From Octopus sinensis (Eukaryota): a DNA stretch of 64,000 bases. This document shows, in pieces, positions 52,009 to 64,000 of this stretch. Location of the stretch: assembly GCF_006345805.1 (NCBI RefSeq), contig NC_043000.1:150040001-150104000 (forward strand). The letters run 5' to 3'. The position numbers were made by a program, and so were the translations under genes. How positions within the stretch are numbered: position 1 is the first letter of the stretch; each line of letters begins with the position of its first letter. A model generated the notes under the pieces. It made no database searches, was not told the DNA's origin, and saw only the letters and a program-made list of their open reading frames with translations.

Positions 52009-52245
52009 TATTTCTTTACTACCCACAAGGGGCTAAACATAGAGGGGACAAACAAGGACAAAGAAACGGATTAAGTCGATTACACCGACCCCAGTGCATA
52101 ACTGGTACTTGATTTATCGACCCCGAAAGGATGAAAGGCAAAGTCGACCTCGATGGAACTTGAACTCAGAACGCAGCGGCGGACGAAATATGGCTACGCA
52201 TTTCACCTGGCGTGCTAACGATTCTGCCAGCTCGCCGCCTTATAC
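52009..52245 (-). mobile_element. SINE family B with 13-bp TSD
   Basis: TTCTAGAATTATA at 51996-52008 and 52246-52258. Confidence 0.92.
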
Positions 52246-52794
52246 TTCTAGAATTATAGTTTCAGTTTGAACTTTCATTGGAGTGTGGATTTTCCTTCTA
52301 TATTTGGCTTCAGTTCCTAGTGAAGTCAATTTTGCTTTGAGTCTCCCCACGGAGACAATAATTTAAACTCAGGTTGCTGTTATTGTCTTACCTTGAGTCA
52401 GTCATTATTGAGCAAATCAATTGTCAAAGGCATTCTGGTATGACCAATGGCTAATGTGTTCTTTTTTTTGTTTCATTTTTTTAAAATGATAGCATGTGAT
52501 TTGTGGATGATTTGGCTGCTAATGCTAGTAAGCCAAGCAGATGCAAGGTGGCTCTCTCTTTAATGTGATAAAGAAAGGTCAATTTAATTAACTGTACTCT
52601 TCCCCACTCCATAAGATTGGTCTTTATCTTGCAAAGTGTTTTATACACAATATGCTATCATTTTAGACTCACACCCTGTATATCATTCTACATGTCCATG
52701 CTAGCATGGAACACGGACGTTAAATGTTGATAATAATGAGATATATATATTTATGTACATACATATGTATAATTATACATACAAACATATATAT

Positions 52795-53010
52795 GTTCTT
52801 TTACTGATTTCAGTCATTTGACTGCAGCCATGCTGGAGCACCACCTTAAAGGGTTTTTTAGTCAAACAAATCGGCCACAGGACTTATTCTTTGTAAGCCT
52901 AGTACTTGCTCTATCAGTCTCTTTTGCCGAAACTCTAAGTTACAGGGACGGAAACACACCAACATTGGTTGTCAAGTGATGGGTGGGAGGCAAACAAAGA
53001 CACAGACATA
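52795..53010 (-). mobile_element. SINE family A, 3' half (older)
   Basis: Diverged reverse-complement match. Confidence 0.82.
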
Positions 53011-53138
53011 AATATATACTTATATATAAGGTATGAGATAAGAATTTATGGAAAAGTATTCCATAGAAACTCAACAGTTGAAGATGGTGAAGAGAAGATG
53101 TTAAAATTTAAAAAAAAAGAATTTTAATACATGCATAC

Positions 53139-53560
53139 AGGTGCAGGAGTGGCTGTGTGGTAAGTAGCTTGCTAACCAACCACATGGTTCCGGGTTCAGT
53201 CCCACTGCGTGGCATCTTGGGCAAGTGTCTTCTGCTATAGCCCCGGGCCGACCAATGCCTTGTGAGGGGATTTGGTAGACGGAAACTGAAAGAAGCCTGT
53301 CGTATATGTGTATATATATATATATGTGTGTGTGTGTGGTGTGTGTGTGTGTGTTTGTGTTTGTCCCCCTAGCATTGCTTGACAACCGATGCTGGTGTGT
53401 TTACGTCCCCGTCACTTAGCAGTTCGGCAAAAGAGACCGATAGAATAAGTACTGGGCTTACAAAGAATAAGTCCCGGGGTCGATTTGCTCGATTAAAGGC
53501 GGTGCTCCAGCATGGCCGCAGTCAAATGACTGAAACAAGTAAAAGAGTAAAAGCGAGAGT
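53139..53560 (+). mobile_element. SINE family A
   Basis: Full-length match. Confidence 0.93.
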
Positions 53561-53715
53561 ATACAATCGTTTCAAATAGCAATATTAACATGTAAATAGC
53601 ATGGTAAAATAATTAGAAATTAATTAAATTAAATTAAATTAATTACATATTACTGTTCTCCTCAGTGCAGAAAAAAGAATGCATCAAAAAATTATTATCA
53701 TTACAGAAGCATGTG

Positions 53716-54037
53716 AAGGCGCATGGCTCAGTGGTTGGAGTGTCAAGCTTATGATCGTGAGATTGTGAGTTTGATTCCTTGACCAGGCTGCATGTTGTGT
53801 TCTTGAGCAAGACGCTTTATTTCACGTTGCTCCAGTTCACTCAGCTGTAGAAATGAGTTACGACATCACTGGTGCCAAGCTGTATCGGCCCCTTTGCCTC
53901 TCCCTTGGTATGGAGAAGGGAGGTTGGAATGCATGGGTGATTGTTGGCCTTCCACAAACAACCTTGCCCGGACTTGTGCCTCAGAGGGTAACTTTCTAGG
54001 TGCAATCCCATGGTCATTCATGACCGAAGGGGGTCTC
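53716..54037 (+). mobile_element. tRNA-headed SINE, family D
   Basis: A box TGGCTCAGTGG, B-box-like GTTTGATTCC, then GTGTTCTTGAGCAAGACGCTTTA; an older relative lies near 24040-24190. Confidence 0.8.
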
Positions 54038-54051
54038 AGATATATATATAT

Positions 54052-54997
54052 ATCATCATCATCATCATCATCATCATCAATTAACGTCCGCTTTCCATGC
54101 TAGCATGGGTTGGACGGTTCAACTGGGGTCTGGGGAGCCCGAAAGCTGCACTAGTCCAGTCAGATCTGGCAGTGTTTCTACAGCTGGATGCCCTTCCTAA
54201 CGCCAACCACTCCGAGAGTGTAGTGGGTGATTTTATGTGCCACCGACACAGGTGCCAGACGAGGCTGGCAAACGGCCACGCTCGGATGGTGTTTTTTATG
54301 TGCCACCGACACAGGTGCCAGACGAGGCTGGCAGACGGCCACGCTCGGATGGTGTTTTTTATGTGCCACCGACACAGGTGCCAGACGAGGCTGGCAGACG
54401 GCCACGCTCGGATGGTGTTTTATGTGCCACCGACACAGGTGCCAGACGAGGCTGGCAGACGGCCACGCTCGGATGGTGTTTTTATGAGGCTGGCAAACGG
54501 CCACGATCGGATGGTGCTGTTACGTGCCCACAGCACGGAGGCCAGTCGATGCGGTACTGGCTACGGCCACGTTCGGATGGTTTTCTTGTGTGCCACAGGC
54601 ACTGGTACCACAAAGATACAAATTCCATTGATGTTCATCTATTTTGATTGATTTTCACTTGCCTCAGCAGGTCTTCACAAGTGTCACAAGAAGGAAGGTA
54701 TGCACAGGTGGATCGACTACGTCCCAGGTAGGGGCCACGGGATATGGCCTGACTAGTCCTGCCGGGTCCTCTCATGCACAGCACACTTCCATAGGACTCG
54801 GTCTTCAGTCATTTCCTTGGTGAGACCTAAAGTTCGAAGGTCGTGCTTCACCACCTCGTCCCAGGTTTTCCTGGGTCTACCTCTTCCACAGGTTCCCTCA
54901 ACTGCTAGGGTGTAGCACTTTTGCACACAACTATCTTCAGCCATTCTCGTCACATGACCATACCAGCGCAGCCGTCTCTCTTGCACACCACAACTGA

Positions 54998-55000
<3 letters not shown>
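54052..55000 (-). mobile_element. 5'-truncated RTE LINE (RT C-terminus, 3' UTR with about 5-6 tandem units, tail)
   Basis: QERRLRWYGHVTRM...GRGRPRKTW at 54986-54753, then family C UTR to the (ATC)n tract. Confidence 0.93.
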
Positions 55001-55018
<18 letters not shown>

Positions 55019-55040
<22 letters not shown>

Positions 55041-55251
55041 GGAGTAAACACATAAATGTGAAACAAGGTGGAAAAAAGAGTACTCAAATACCAGTGGTAG
55101 AGTAATATGCTTTATTTAAAGCAGCAGAAAATTCAACAAAACCTGTTACTCTGAGTTTCCCGTTGCCGTTCATCGGACAGTTTTTGCTGAACGGCAACGG
55201 GAACTCAGAGTAACAGGTTTTGTTGAATTTTCTGCTGTTTTAAATAAAGTA
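55019..55251. mobile_element. Fold-back element with ~62-bp arms carrying a hammerhead-like motif
   Basis: Arms ~55109-55172 and ~55188-55250; minus strand 55180-55143 reads CTGT-CCGATGA-ACGGCAACGG-GAAA-CTCAGAG-TA-ACAG. Confidence 0.7.
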
Positions 55252-55261
55252 TATATATATT

Positions 55262-55649
55262 CGTTTACTTTTTAACTTGTTTCAGTCTCCAGACTGCAAT
55301 CATGCAAGGGCATCGCTGCAAAGAATTTTAGCCAAACAAATCAACTCCAGTACTCCTTTTTCTTTCTTGTAATTTTGGTACTTATTCCATCAGTCATTTT
55401 TTCCAAACTAAGTTACAGGGACATAAACACACTAACACCAGTTGTTAAACAGTGGTGAGGAACAAACACAAAGACACACACACACACAACAGGTTTCTTT
55501 CCGTTTCTCTGTATCAAACCCATTCACATGGGGTCGATCAACTTGAGGCTATAGTTGAAGACACTTGCCCAAGATGCCACAAAATGGAACTGAACCGAGA
55601 ACCATGTGGTTGGAAAGTAAGCTTCTTCCCATACAGCCATGCCTGCACC
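55262..55649 (-). mobile_element. SINE family A (old)
   Basis: Diverged reverse-complement match. Confidence 0.8.
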
Positions 55650-55681
<32 letters not shown>

Positions 55682-55930
55682 CTGTAAATGAATTCATATG
55701 AAAACAAAAATAGAGTAATCAATATGAGTACAAAGAGAAAACTCAATAATATATATTGGTATAGTCCGTTTATTGATTAACAGATTGTACTATCATAATA
55801 GTTTCATAAATGAGTTTAGCAAAGGAATAAAAAGGTTAGATGAAAAGTTAAAGAGAGAGAGAGAGAGTGTGTAACATAAACGCCCCACTCAATTTTCAGT
55901 CTGGAGTGATAAGTGTTGTTTTTATATATA

Positions 55931-56402
55931 TCTTTATATATAAACGTCAAGTTGTGTGTCTGTCTCCTACGATTTAGATTCCTAACTACTCCCACATTTT
56001 GCGGTGCAGTTTAACCAAAACCGGGTATCTGATAGTCGTGATTCATATCGAGCCCTTCTGGGTATTAGCGCGCGTCTACGATGACTCATTTTTTTCCATT
56101 TTAATGCATTTTTTTACTATTATATAAGGGAAGTAACTCTCTAAAAATGTCTATGATGAGTCAACGATTTAAAAAAATTTACCATCATTTTTTTCCATTT
56201 TAATGCATTTTTTTCGCTATTATATAAGGGAAGTAACTCTCTAAAAATGTCTACGATGAGTCAACGATTTAAAAAAAAATTTACTATCATTTTTTTTCCA
56301 TTTTTAATGCATTTTTTTGCTATTTTTTGGCTATAACTCTCTAAAAATGCTTTTATAGTTATTTCCCTTACAAACCCGAGCAACGCTGGGCGATACTGCT
56401 AG
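55931..56402 (+). mobile_element. Non-autonomous Helitron with an internal ~100-bp tandem triplication
   Basis: A|TCTTTATATATAAA...CCCGAGCAACGCTGGG CGATACTGCTAG|T; CCATT anchors at 56096, 56195 and 56298. Confidence 0.87.
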
Positions 56403-56589
56403 TGGTCTAATAAAAATGAATGATTGACAATACAGGCATCAAATCATTTGTTGAAAACTCTAGTTTCCGGTTTCATGCTGACAATTCAATTATTTGTATT
56501 CCACTTCTGCTGGTGTTGCTTAGTTTTTCTGTCATTCATCTCCATTAGCATGCATATAAGTATATGTGTGTTTGAATGTACCCTTCAAT

Positions 56590-56916
56590 CATCAGGCGAT
56601 ATGCTGTGCTTGAGAAGATGTGTTGAGTCAAGTGAAATTGTAGTTGTGGCCAATGCCAGTGCCGCCTGACTGGCACCTGTGCTGGTGGCACATAAAAGGC
56701 ACCATTTGAGCATGGCCAATGCCAGTGCTGGTGGCATATAAAAAGCACCCACTACACTCTCAAAGTGGTTGGTGTTAGGAAGGGCATCCAGCTGTAGAAA
56801 CCTAAGCAGATCAGATTGGAGCCTGGTGCAGCCTCCTGGGTTACCAGTCCTCACTCAAGCTGTCCAACCTATTCCAGTATGGAGAGCAGACATTAAATAA
56901 TAATGTTGATGATGAT
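56590..56916 (+). mobile_element. Old family C LINE 3' UTR
   Basis: Tandem-unit remnants and terminal core. Confidence 0.8.
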
Positions 56917-56949
56917 AAATATGTACACCAATTCAAACAATATATATAT

Positions 56950-57312
56950 GAAGCTTGCTTTCCAACCACATGGATCCAGGTTCAGTCCCACTGCATGGCA
57001 CCTTGGGCAAGTGTCTTCTATAACCTCAGGCCAACCCAAGTCTTGTGAGACAGAAACTGAAAGAAGCCCGTTGTATGTGTGTGTATGTGTATATGTATTT
57101 GTTATTTGCATCTGTGTTTGTCTCCCTACCATCGCTTGACAACCAATGTTGGTGTGTTTATGTCCCCATCACTTAGAAGTTCGGCAAAAAAAGAATGATA
57201 GAATAAGTACTAGGCTTACAAAGAACAAGTCCTGGGGTCAATTTGTTCGACTAAAGGTGGCCTTCCAGCATGGCTGCAGTCAAATGACTGAAACAAGTAA
57301 AAGAATAAAAGA
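56950..57312 (+). mobile_element. SINE family A (old)
   Basis: Diverged match. Confidence 0.85.
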
Positions 57313-57759
57313 ATATTATATATATATATATATAATATATATATATATAGCCGAAATTGCGAGGATGATCCAGTTCTTGTATCAAATCCACGTCCGTGTT
57401 TTTTGTATCATCTTCTAAATGTTTTGTGTTCTTGTCCCAGTTTGTATTTTTTTACATATGTATATATATATATACACCCGCACAAATGCGCATTTTGTGA
57501 TGTACTTTAATATATGACACATTACCATAGGAATTAGAGCTCAATATTCAAACTGTGTTTAAACTCGCACATTTCAATAATGCATGCTGAACAGTGTATA
57601 AAAAAGTTGTATATATTTGGATTTAGGCTATAACTTAGAAGTAGTGCTTTATAAAGTCCTTCATTATAATCAAATCAATGATCTTTTTTTATTCTCCAAA
57701 AATTATAATTTTCGTACTACTATTGAAAATCCATAAAACTCCTCTTTGATCTCTTGGTC

Positions 57760-57955
57760 AGGTCATGTGATACTTTGAGCCCTCATGAGAAACCTAGTGT
57801 ATGTACCATCAAAGTAATCCTACCACATAGTACAGTTTAGGTTCATAGATAAGGATGCTCTCTACACGTGTCCTGAAGAAGGCCAACCTTATTCACTTTG
57901 AAATACATGAAATACAGATGTTTTGAAGCTTATTCCATGCACTCCAGGCTTGTTC
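57760..57955 (-). mobile_element. Fragment of a different old RTE-like RT C-terminus
   Basis: KEQAWSAWNKLQNI...VESILIY...DGTYTRFLMRAQSI. Confidence 0.6.
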
Positions 57956-57959
57956 TTTG

Positions 57960-59060
57960 CATGTTAAAGATCTGCTTCAGAGTTTGTGTCCAGAGCATAA
58001 ACATCAGCAAAAGAGGAGCTCCCTTAGTTATCCTGGTTTTAGTCTTAGCTTTCATGTGACTGATCGTAAAAAGACCACCATCATGTCTGTCTCTGATCTG
58101 GATGCAGATGTATCATGGGAGAACATATTGCGAAGCACTCCACTAAACATCAAGCTGAAGAACGTGGGTACTAGGACACATCCCTGTTTCACATTATTGG
58201 TCACAGTGAAAGGTGCTGAGAATTTTCCATCATTCAAGACATGAACTTGCATGCAATCGTGGAACTGATGTGTCCTGTTAATGAACTCGTTTGGGTAATT
58301 AAGTTTCTTCATTAGTTTCCACAGGCCTTGTCTGCTTACAGTACCAAAGGCCTTAGTTAGGTCAATGAATACAGTGTAGAAGTCTTGATTTTTTTCCAGA
58401 CATTTTCCTTGCAACTGTCTTGCAGCAAAAATTATGTCCATGGTCCTGTGAAATTTTTGGAAACCACACTTACTCTCAGGAAGAGGCCCGGACTCAAGAT
58501 ATATGAGCCAATTAAGCATAATCTATTCTAGGATTTTTTCTGTGAATGGCATGAGTGATATGCCACTATGATTGTTACACTGTTGGTTGCTTCCTTTTCT
58601 TTTATAGAGATGTACAATGCAGACATCTTTGAATTCTTATGGAATTAGTTTATGCTCCTACATTTTAGTAAACAGGGTGAGTAGTATTCTCGTAATCTTG
58701 GAGTGGTTGGCGTTAGGAAGAGCATCCAGCTGTAGAAACTCTGCTAGATCAGATTGCAGCCTGGTGTAGCCATCTGGTTCACCAATCCTCAGTCAAATCG
58801 TCCAAGCCATGCCAGCATGGAAAGCGGACATTAAACAATGATGCGATGATGATGATATATTTTATGTCCACTGGGCATATAGACCTCAGCAGAAACTGCA
58901 CCAGGCCTGGGAGCTTTACTGTTGGCTTGAGTCACTCAATTGATAGTCAGTGGGCAGCTGTGGTAGCTGGTTTATTGCCTCAACATTTATAAGAAAGGGG
59001 TGATTTAAGACAGTGTCAAAGTGTTCTGCCAATTGTTTTCCTATAAGCAATACTTCATCT
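57960..59060 (-). mobile_element. RTE-BovB-like LINE, RT N-terminal half
   Basis: AEHFDTVLN; LPESKCGF...IFAARQLQGKC...FIDLTKAF...VKQGCVLVPTFFSLMF...EADL; family C insertion at ~58698-58855. Confidence 0.88.
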
Positions 59061-59454
59061 GCCAAGCAATAACCAAATACCCTGAACTGCCTAGTGTATG
59101 AGTTTGTTACCGACAGCTTCCAGCTTTCCAGTTCCAGGTTTGCTGTCATTGCCACACCCTCATCACCACAAGACTTTCGCAGAGACCCCCCCCCCCTAAA
59201 AAAAAATTAAACCAGTACTGACTTGCACAGCAACTGCTACCACCTCTTCCTGTTCTTCTGGTATCCAGTGGCAAGTCAGAAGACAACTGAGAAGTGCTAG
59301 ATGAAAGAGCTGCCAGAGTGAGACATAACTGTCCTACTGCCTGTAGGGGCTCAATTCCTGATTTTCTTTTAGGGTTGATTCCCTTAGCCTATGCTTAAAG
59401 TAGTGCAACCTGCTAGGTAGCAAATGGATTTACTTGTCCTGAAGCTTTTTAAAA

Positions 59455-59990
59455 TGAAGCAAGATCTTCAGCTTGTTATAACTTTGGTCTCACAATCAGT
59501 CTCAAAAAGACTGAGGCCATGCAGCAGCACCACTCCTGACAATCAACAAGTATCTCTCTCTCCAGGCTGTAAAGATATTCACCTACCTTGGAAGTACACA
59601 GTCAAGGAGTGTTCACATTGATGATGAAGTGAATGCAAAGATAGCAAAAGTCAGCGCTGCCTTTAGATGTCTTCATCACAAGCTTTAGAAAAGATGCAGC
59701 TTGACTGTAAAAGCAAAAATGATGACTACACTACTCTATGGCTGTAAGACCTGAACTGTTTATCAAAGACATGCCAAAAAACTTAACCACTTCCACCTAA
59801 CAATGCCTGCCAAAAATTCTTAACATCAAGTGGCAGGATAAAATTCCCAATACAACTGTGCTTGAGAGAGTTAATTATGTCAAGCATGTATGTTTTCCTG
59901 CGGAAATTCCAGCTACAGTGGAGTGGGCATGTAGCACATATGCTCAATTCCTTACTCCCTAAACAGATCTCCTTTGACTGGTGTGCAAGA
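59455..59990 (+). mobile_element. RTE-BovB-like LINE, RT C-terminal half
   Basis: SACYNFGLTISLKKTE...HIDDEVNAKIAK...LLYGC...IKWQDKIPN...LQWSGHV. Confidence 0.85.
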
Positions 59991-60030
59991 ACGCATCATT
60001 ACTTTGATCCTTGTTACTTCACGTGCTTAA

Positions 60031-60250
60031 CCATTTTGTTACCATGTTTCTGAGGAAATCCACTACTTTTGTTACAATTAATTCTGAAAATAATGAAGAA
60101 TTTTGAATATAACTTTGTCTCTATAAAACTGATGTTTAAAACATAAATTAATATGAAATATTGATGGAAGGTTTTAAATTAGATCACTTTAAAGCAAAAA
60201 GTTTGTATTGTGGAACTAGGGGCAGTCTCAGGCAGATTGGCATCAAAAGT
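60031..60250. mobile_element. Degenerate piggyBac-type MITE (family 2)
   Basis: TTAA|CCATTTTGTTAC; interior similar to the 51023 element. Confidence 0.6.
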
Positions 60251-60289
60251 TGAATATATGTACATATGTATGTATGTGTGTGTGTAGAT

Positions 60290-60680
60290 ATCATCATCAT
60301 CATCGTTTAGCGTCCGCTTTCCATGCTAGCATGGGTTGGACGGTTCAACTGGGGTCTGGGAAGCCAGAAGGCTGCACCAGGCCCAGTTTGATCTGGCAAT
60401 GTTTCTATGGCTGGATGCCCTTCCTAACGCCAACCACTCCGTGAGTGTAGTGGGTGCTTTTTACGTGCCACCGGCACAGGTGCCAGACGAGTCTGGCAAA
60501 CGGCCACCATCGGATGGTGCTTTTTACGTGCCACTGGCACGGGGGCCAGGCGAGGCTGGCAACGGCCACGAACGGATGGTGCTTTTTACGTGCCACCGGC
60601 ACGAGGCCAGTCGGGGCGGTGCTGGCAACGGACACGAACAGATGGTGCTTTTTACGTGCCACCGGCACAAGGCCAGTGGC
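60290..60680 (-). mobile_element. Family C LINE 3' UTR with about 4 tandem units
   Basis: (ATC)n tail and conserved terminus. Confidence 0.92.
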
Positions 60681-61748
60681 ACATATGTTTACATAATTAC
60701 ATACAGTGTTTCATAATGATGGGACATATTTTGAATGTAAGTAACTAAGACTGTAACTGGCATATATGCATGTGGCTATTGGTGTAGACAAGGCCCTGGT
60801 TTAGAGTTTCACTTCTCGACTACATGATTTCAGGTTCAGTTCCACTGTGTGGCGCTATTGGGCCTAGGGCCAACCAAAGCCTCATGAGTGGATTTTGTCA
60901 ACAGAAACTAAAAGAAGCTCATTGTGTATATTTGTGTGACAGTTTGTATTTCCCACAGATTCACTGGTTTGTAAACAATGGCTTCTTGACAGTGTTGTTT
61001 ACTTGCAATTCAACAAGGAAATCTGTTTGGACTTCTTCACATATTCTGTGATCTTTGTAGACAAAGGGCTCATTCATACTGTGACATTTGTTTCCACTTC
61101 TGGGCTGTTTGTTGATTGATAGAACAGGAAGTTATTATCCCACAAGTGCAGTTGGCAACAGAAAGGTGTTCAGCCATAGAAAACTCTACCTTAACATACT
61201 TTTGTCTGACTCATTCAAGAATGGACAAGTAGATGTTAAAACGATGATGTTAATGTATGTATTTGTCACCACCACCTCCTCCTTGAACTTCTCCTATTTC
61301 CTTCATTTTACCCCCAAATTGATATTCACCATGTTTCCACCCAAGCGTCCCATTCACTCCATCCACTGCTATCTGTCGTACTCTTTTTACACCCTTGAGA
61401 ACCTACCTATCTTGGTACCCTATTCTCTTTTTTATATTCACCTTGTACTTTGAGGGCACACTCTCACTTTCTCTCTTTTCAAATGAGGAAGCTATGCAAG
61501 ATACCTATTTCAGTACCCCTATCATACACCTGGTATAAAGCCATGTTCCTCAGTACTACTTGCAAGGTACTTAGTGACCTCAATAGTTCTAGTGCCATGG
61601 AAAAAAGCACTGAATACACTCTGTAAGGTGGTTGCCATTTAAAAAGGTAACCAGTTGTAGAAACCATGCCAGATCAGATATTAGTACTTGGTTTAGTCCT
61701 CTGGATCATCAGTTGTTGTCTAACCATTCAAACAGCGATAACATGACA

Positions 61749-61820
<72 letters not shown>

Positions 61821-62441
61821 TACACACACACACACATACAGACAGTCAGACTGTAGATATAAAGAGAGAAAACAATACAAGACATGAGAGATTATTTCAG
61901 AGATATTTAGTACATCATCTTACGTACATTCCATTAACATAATGTAATTATTAGCTATGTAATGCATATTACACAACCAAGACTTATTGTCAAATTACCA
62001 GAGACATGTATCTTTTATATGTAACATTAGGGGACTACAAAGACTGACAATTCTTCAGTGCTGAGATGGCTAGCAACTATACTAGATTGACTTTGGAAAA
62101 TACTTTATATCTGAAATCAGATGGGGGTGGTAATTAACATACAGCAGGGGAAGTCAGGCAGGAAATAAAATGTTGGCAGAAAGGTTGTTAGTATAGACAT
62201 ATCTCGTCATCTTCTGATTACCAGTCTTATCAGTTTTTTTTTCTTTGAAGTTCCTCAAGTTTAGACAATCATAAAACTTAGCAACAGCTATATATATTGT
62301 TTGTCAACTGTATATCATACATACATTTGTCTCTGCAAAAACAAATGTATACTTATAATGCACACACACACACACACAGGTGTAAAGATAACACACATAT
62401 GTGTATTTAGAGAGACTTAGAAATGTTAATATTTATATATA

Positions 62442-64000
62442 TTCCGCTACCTAGGAGACCAAGTCAGTAGCGGGGGTGGGTGTGCTGAAAGTGTAACTGC
62501 TAGAGTAAGAATAGCCTGGGCAAAGTTTAGAGAGCTCTTACCCCTGCTGGTGACAAAAGGCCTCTCGCTCAGAGTAAAAGGCAGACTGTATGATGCATGT
62601 GTACGTACAGCCATGCTACATGGTAGTGAAACAAGGGCCGTGACTGCTGAGGAATGCGTAAGCTCGCAAGAAATGAAGCCAGTATGCTCCGATGGATGTG
62701 TAATGTCAGTGTTCATAATCATCAGAGTGTAAGTTCCTTGAGAGAAAAGCTGAACCTAAGAAGCGTCAGTTGTGGCGTGCAAGAGAGACGGCTGCGCTGG
62801 TATGGTCATGTGACAAGAAAGGCTGAAGATAGTTGTGTGCAAAAGTGCTAACCTAGCAGTGGAGGGAACCTGTGGAAGAGGTAGACCCAGGAAAACCTGG
62901 GACGAGTGGTGAAGCACGACCTTCGAACTTTAGGTCTCACTAAGGAAATGTCTAGAGACCGAGACCTATGGAAGTATGCTGTGCATGAGAAGACCCGGCA
63001 AGACTAGTCAGGCATAACCCGTGGCCCCGACCTGGGACGTAGTCAGTCCTGTGCATACCTCCTTCTTGTGACACTTATGAAGACCTGTTGAGGCAAGTGA
63101 AAATCAAATCAAATCAAATCAAAAACAATCAAAATAGATGAACATCTGGAATTGTATTCTTTGTGGTACCAGGCCGGTGGCACACAAGAAAACCACCCAA
63201 ACGTGCCGTAACCTACCGCATCGACTGGCCTCCGTGCTGTGGGCACAACAAACACCATCCGATCGTGGCCGTGCGCCAGCCTCATCTGGCACCTGTGCCG
63301 GTGCACATAAAGACACCATCCGAAGACCCGGCGACGTAGTCAGTCCACCTGTGCATACCTTCCCTCTTATGACACTTGTGAAGACCTGTTGAGGCAAGTG
63401 TGTGACACTTGTGAAGACCTGTTGAGGCAGAGGCAAGTGTGTGACACTTGTGGAGACCCGTTGAGGCAAGTGTGTGACCCTTGTGAAGACCTGTTGAGGC
63501 AAGTGAAAATCAAACCAAATCAAAATAGATGAATATCAATGGAATTTGTATCTTTGTGGTTCCAGTACCGGTGGCACACAAGAAAACCATCCGAACGTGG
63601 CGTAGCTGGTACCGCATCGACTGGCCTCCGTGCTGTGGGCACAACAAACACCATCTGATCGTGGCCGTTCGCCAGCCTCACCTGGCACCTGTGTCGGTGG
63701 CACATAAAAACACCATCCAAGACCCGGCGACGTAGTCAGTCCACCTGTGCATACCTTCCCTCTTAGGACACTTGTGAAGACCTGTTGAGGCAGAGGCAGT
63801 GTGTGACACTTGTGAAGACCTGTTGAGGCAGAGGCAAGTGTGTGACACTTGTGGAGACCTGTTGAGGCAAGTGTGTTGACACGCGTGACACTTGTGAAGA
63901 CCTGTTGAGGCAAGTGAAAATCAAAACAAATCAAAATAGATGAACATCAATGGAATTTGTATCTTGTGGTTCCAGTACCGGTGGCACACAAGAAAACCAT
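62442..64000 (+). mobile_element. 5'-truncated RTE LINE whose 3' UTR is tandemly reiterated to the window end
   Basis: RT C-terminus at 62442-63010, then repeated UTR blocks with anchors GACCCGGCGACGTAGTC at ~63323 and 63721. Confidence 0.92.

Noticed and set aside
54230-54480. CRISPR-like array (also 190-835 and 63370-63930)
   Set aside because: Units are head-to-tail with no unique spacers, lie in a eukaryotic LINE UTR or minisatellite, and no cas genes are present.

Overview
This is eukaryotic, very AT-rich, repeat-saturated DNA with one 100-N assembly gap (10873-10972). The SINE and LINE families resemble those I recall from octopus genomes, so a coleoid cephalopod is inferred but not verified. 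I found no host protein-coding exon, tRNA or rRNA gene, or CRISPR array. Almost all ORF-track entries are microsatellite artefacts or retroelement and transposon debris. The window contains three tRNA-headed SINE families (about 20 copies of family A), many 5'-truncated RTE LINE copies with a VNTR-bearing 3' UTR and (ATG)n tail, older RTE-BovB-like, CR1-like and R4/Dong-like LINE fragments, and a decayed Ty3/gypsy gag-pol. It also has mariner, hAT and piggyBac-type MITEs, two non-autonomous Helitrons and a Penelope-like GIY-YIG remnant. The most interesting signals are: (1) several minimal hammerhead-ribozyme motifs around the Penelope-like remnant and inside a fold-back element; (2) a 133-bp-arm palindrome bounded by a 13-bp direct repeat; (3) an RTE element with a twin-priming-like 5' inversion; (4) a LINE 3' UTR amplifying into a nested tandem array; (5) a SINE/CR1 pair sharing a 3' tail. 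All alignments and translations were done by eye. Repeat boundaries are approximate unless a TSD or terminus is quoted.
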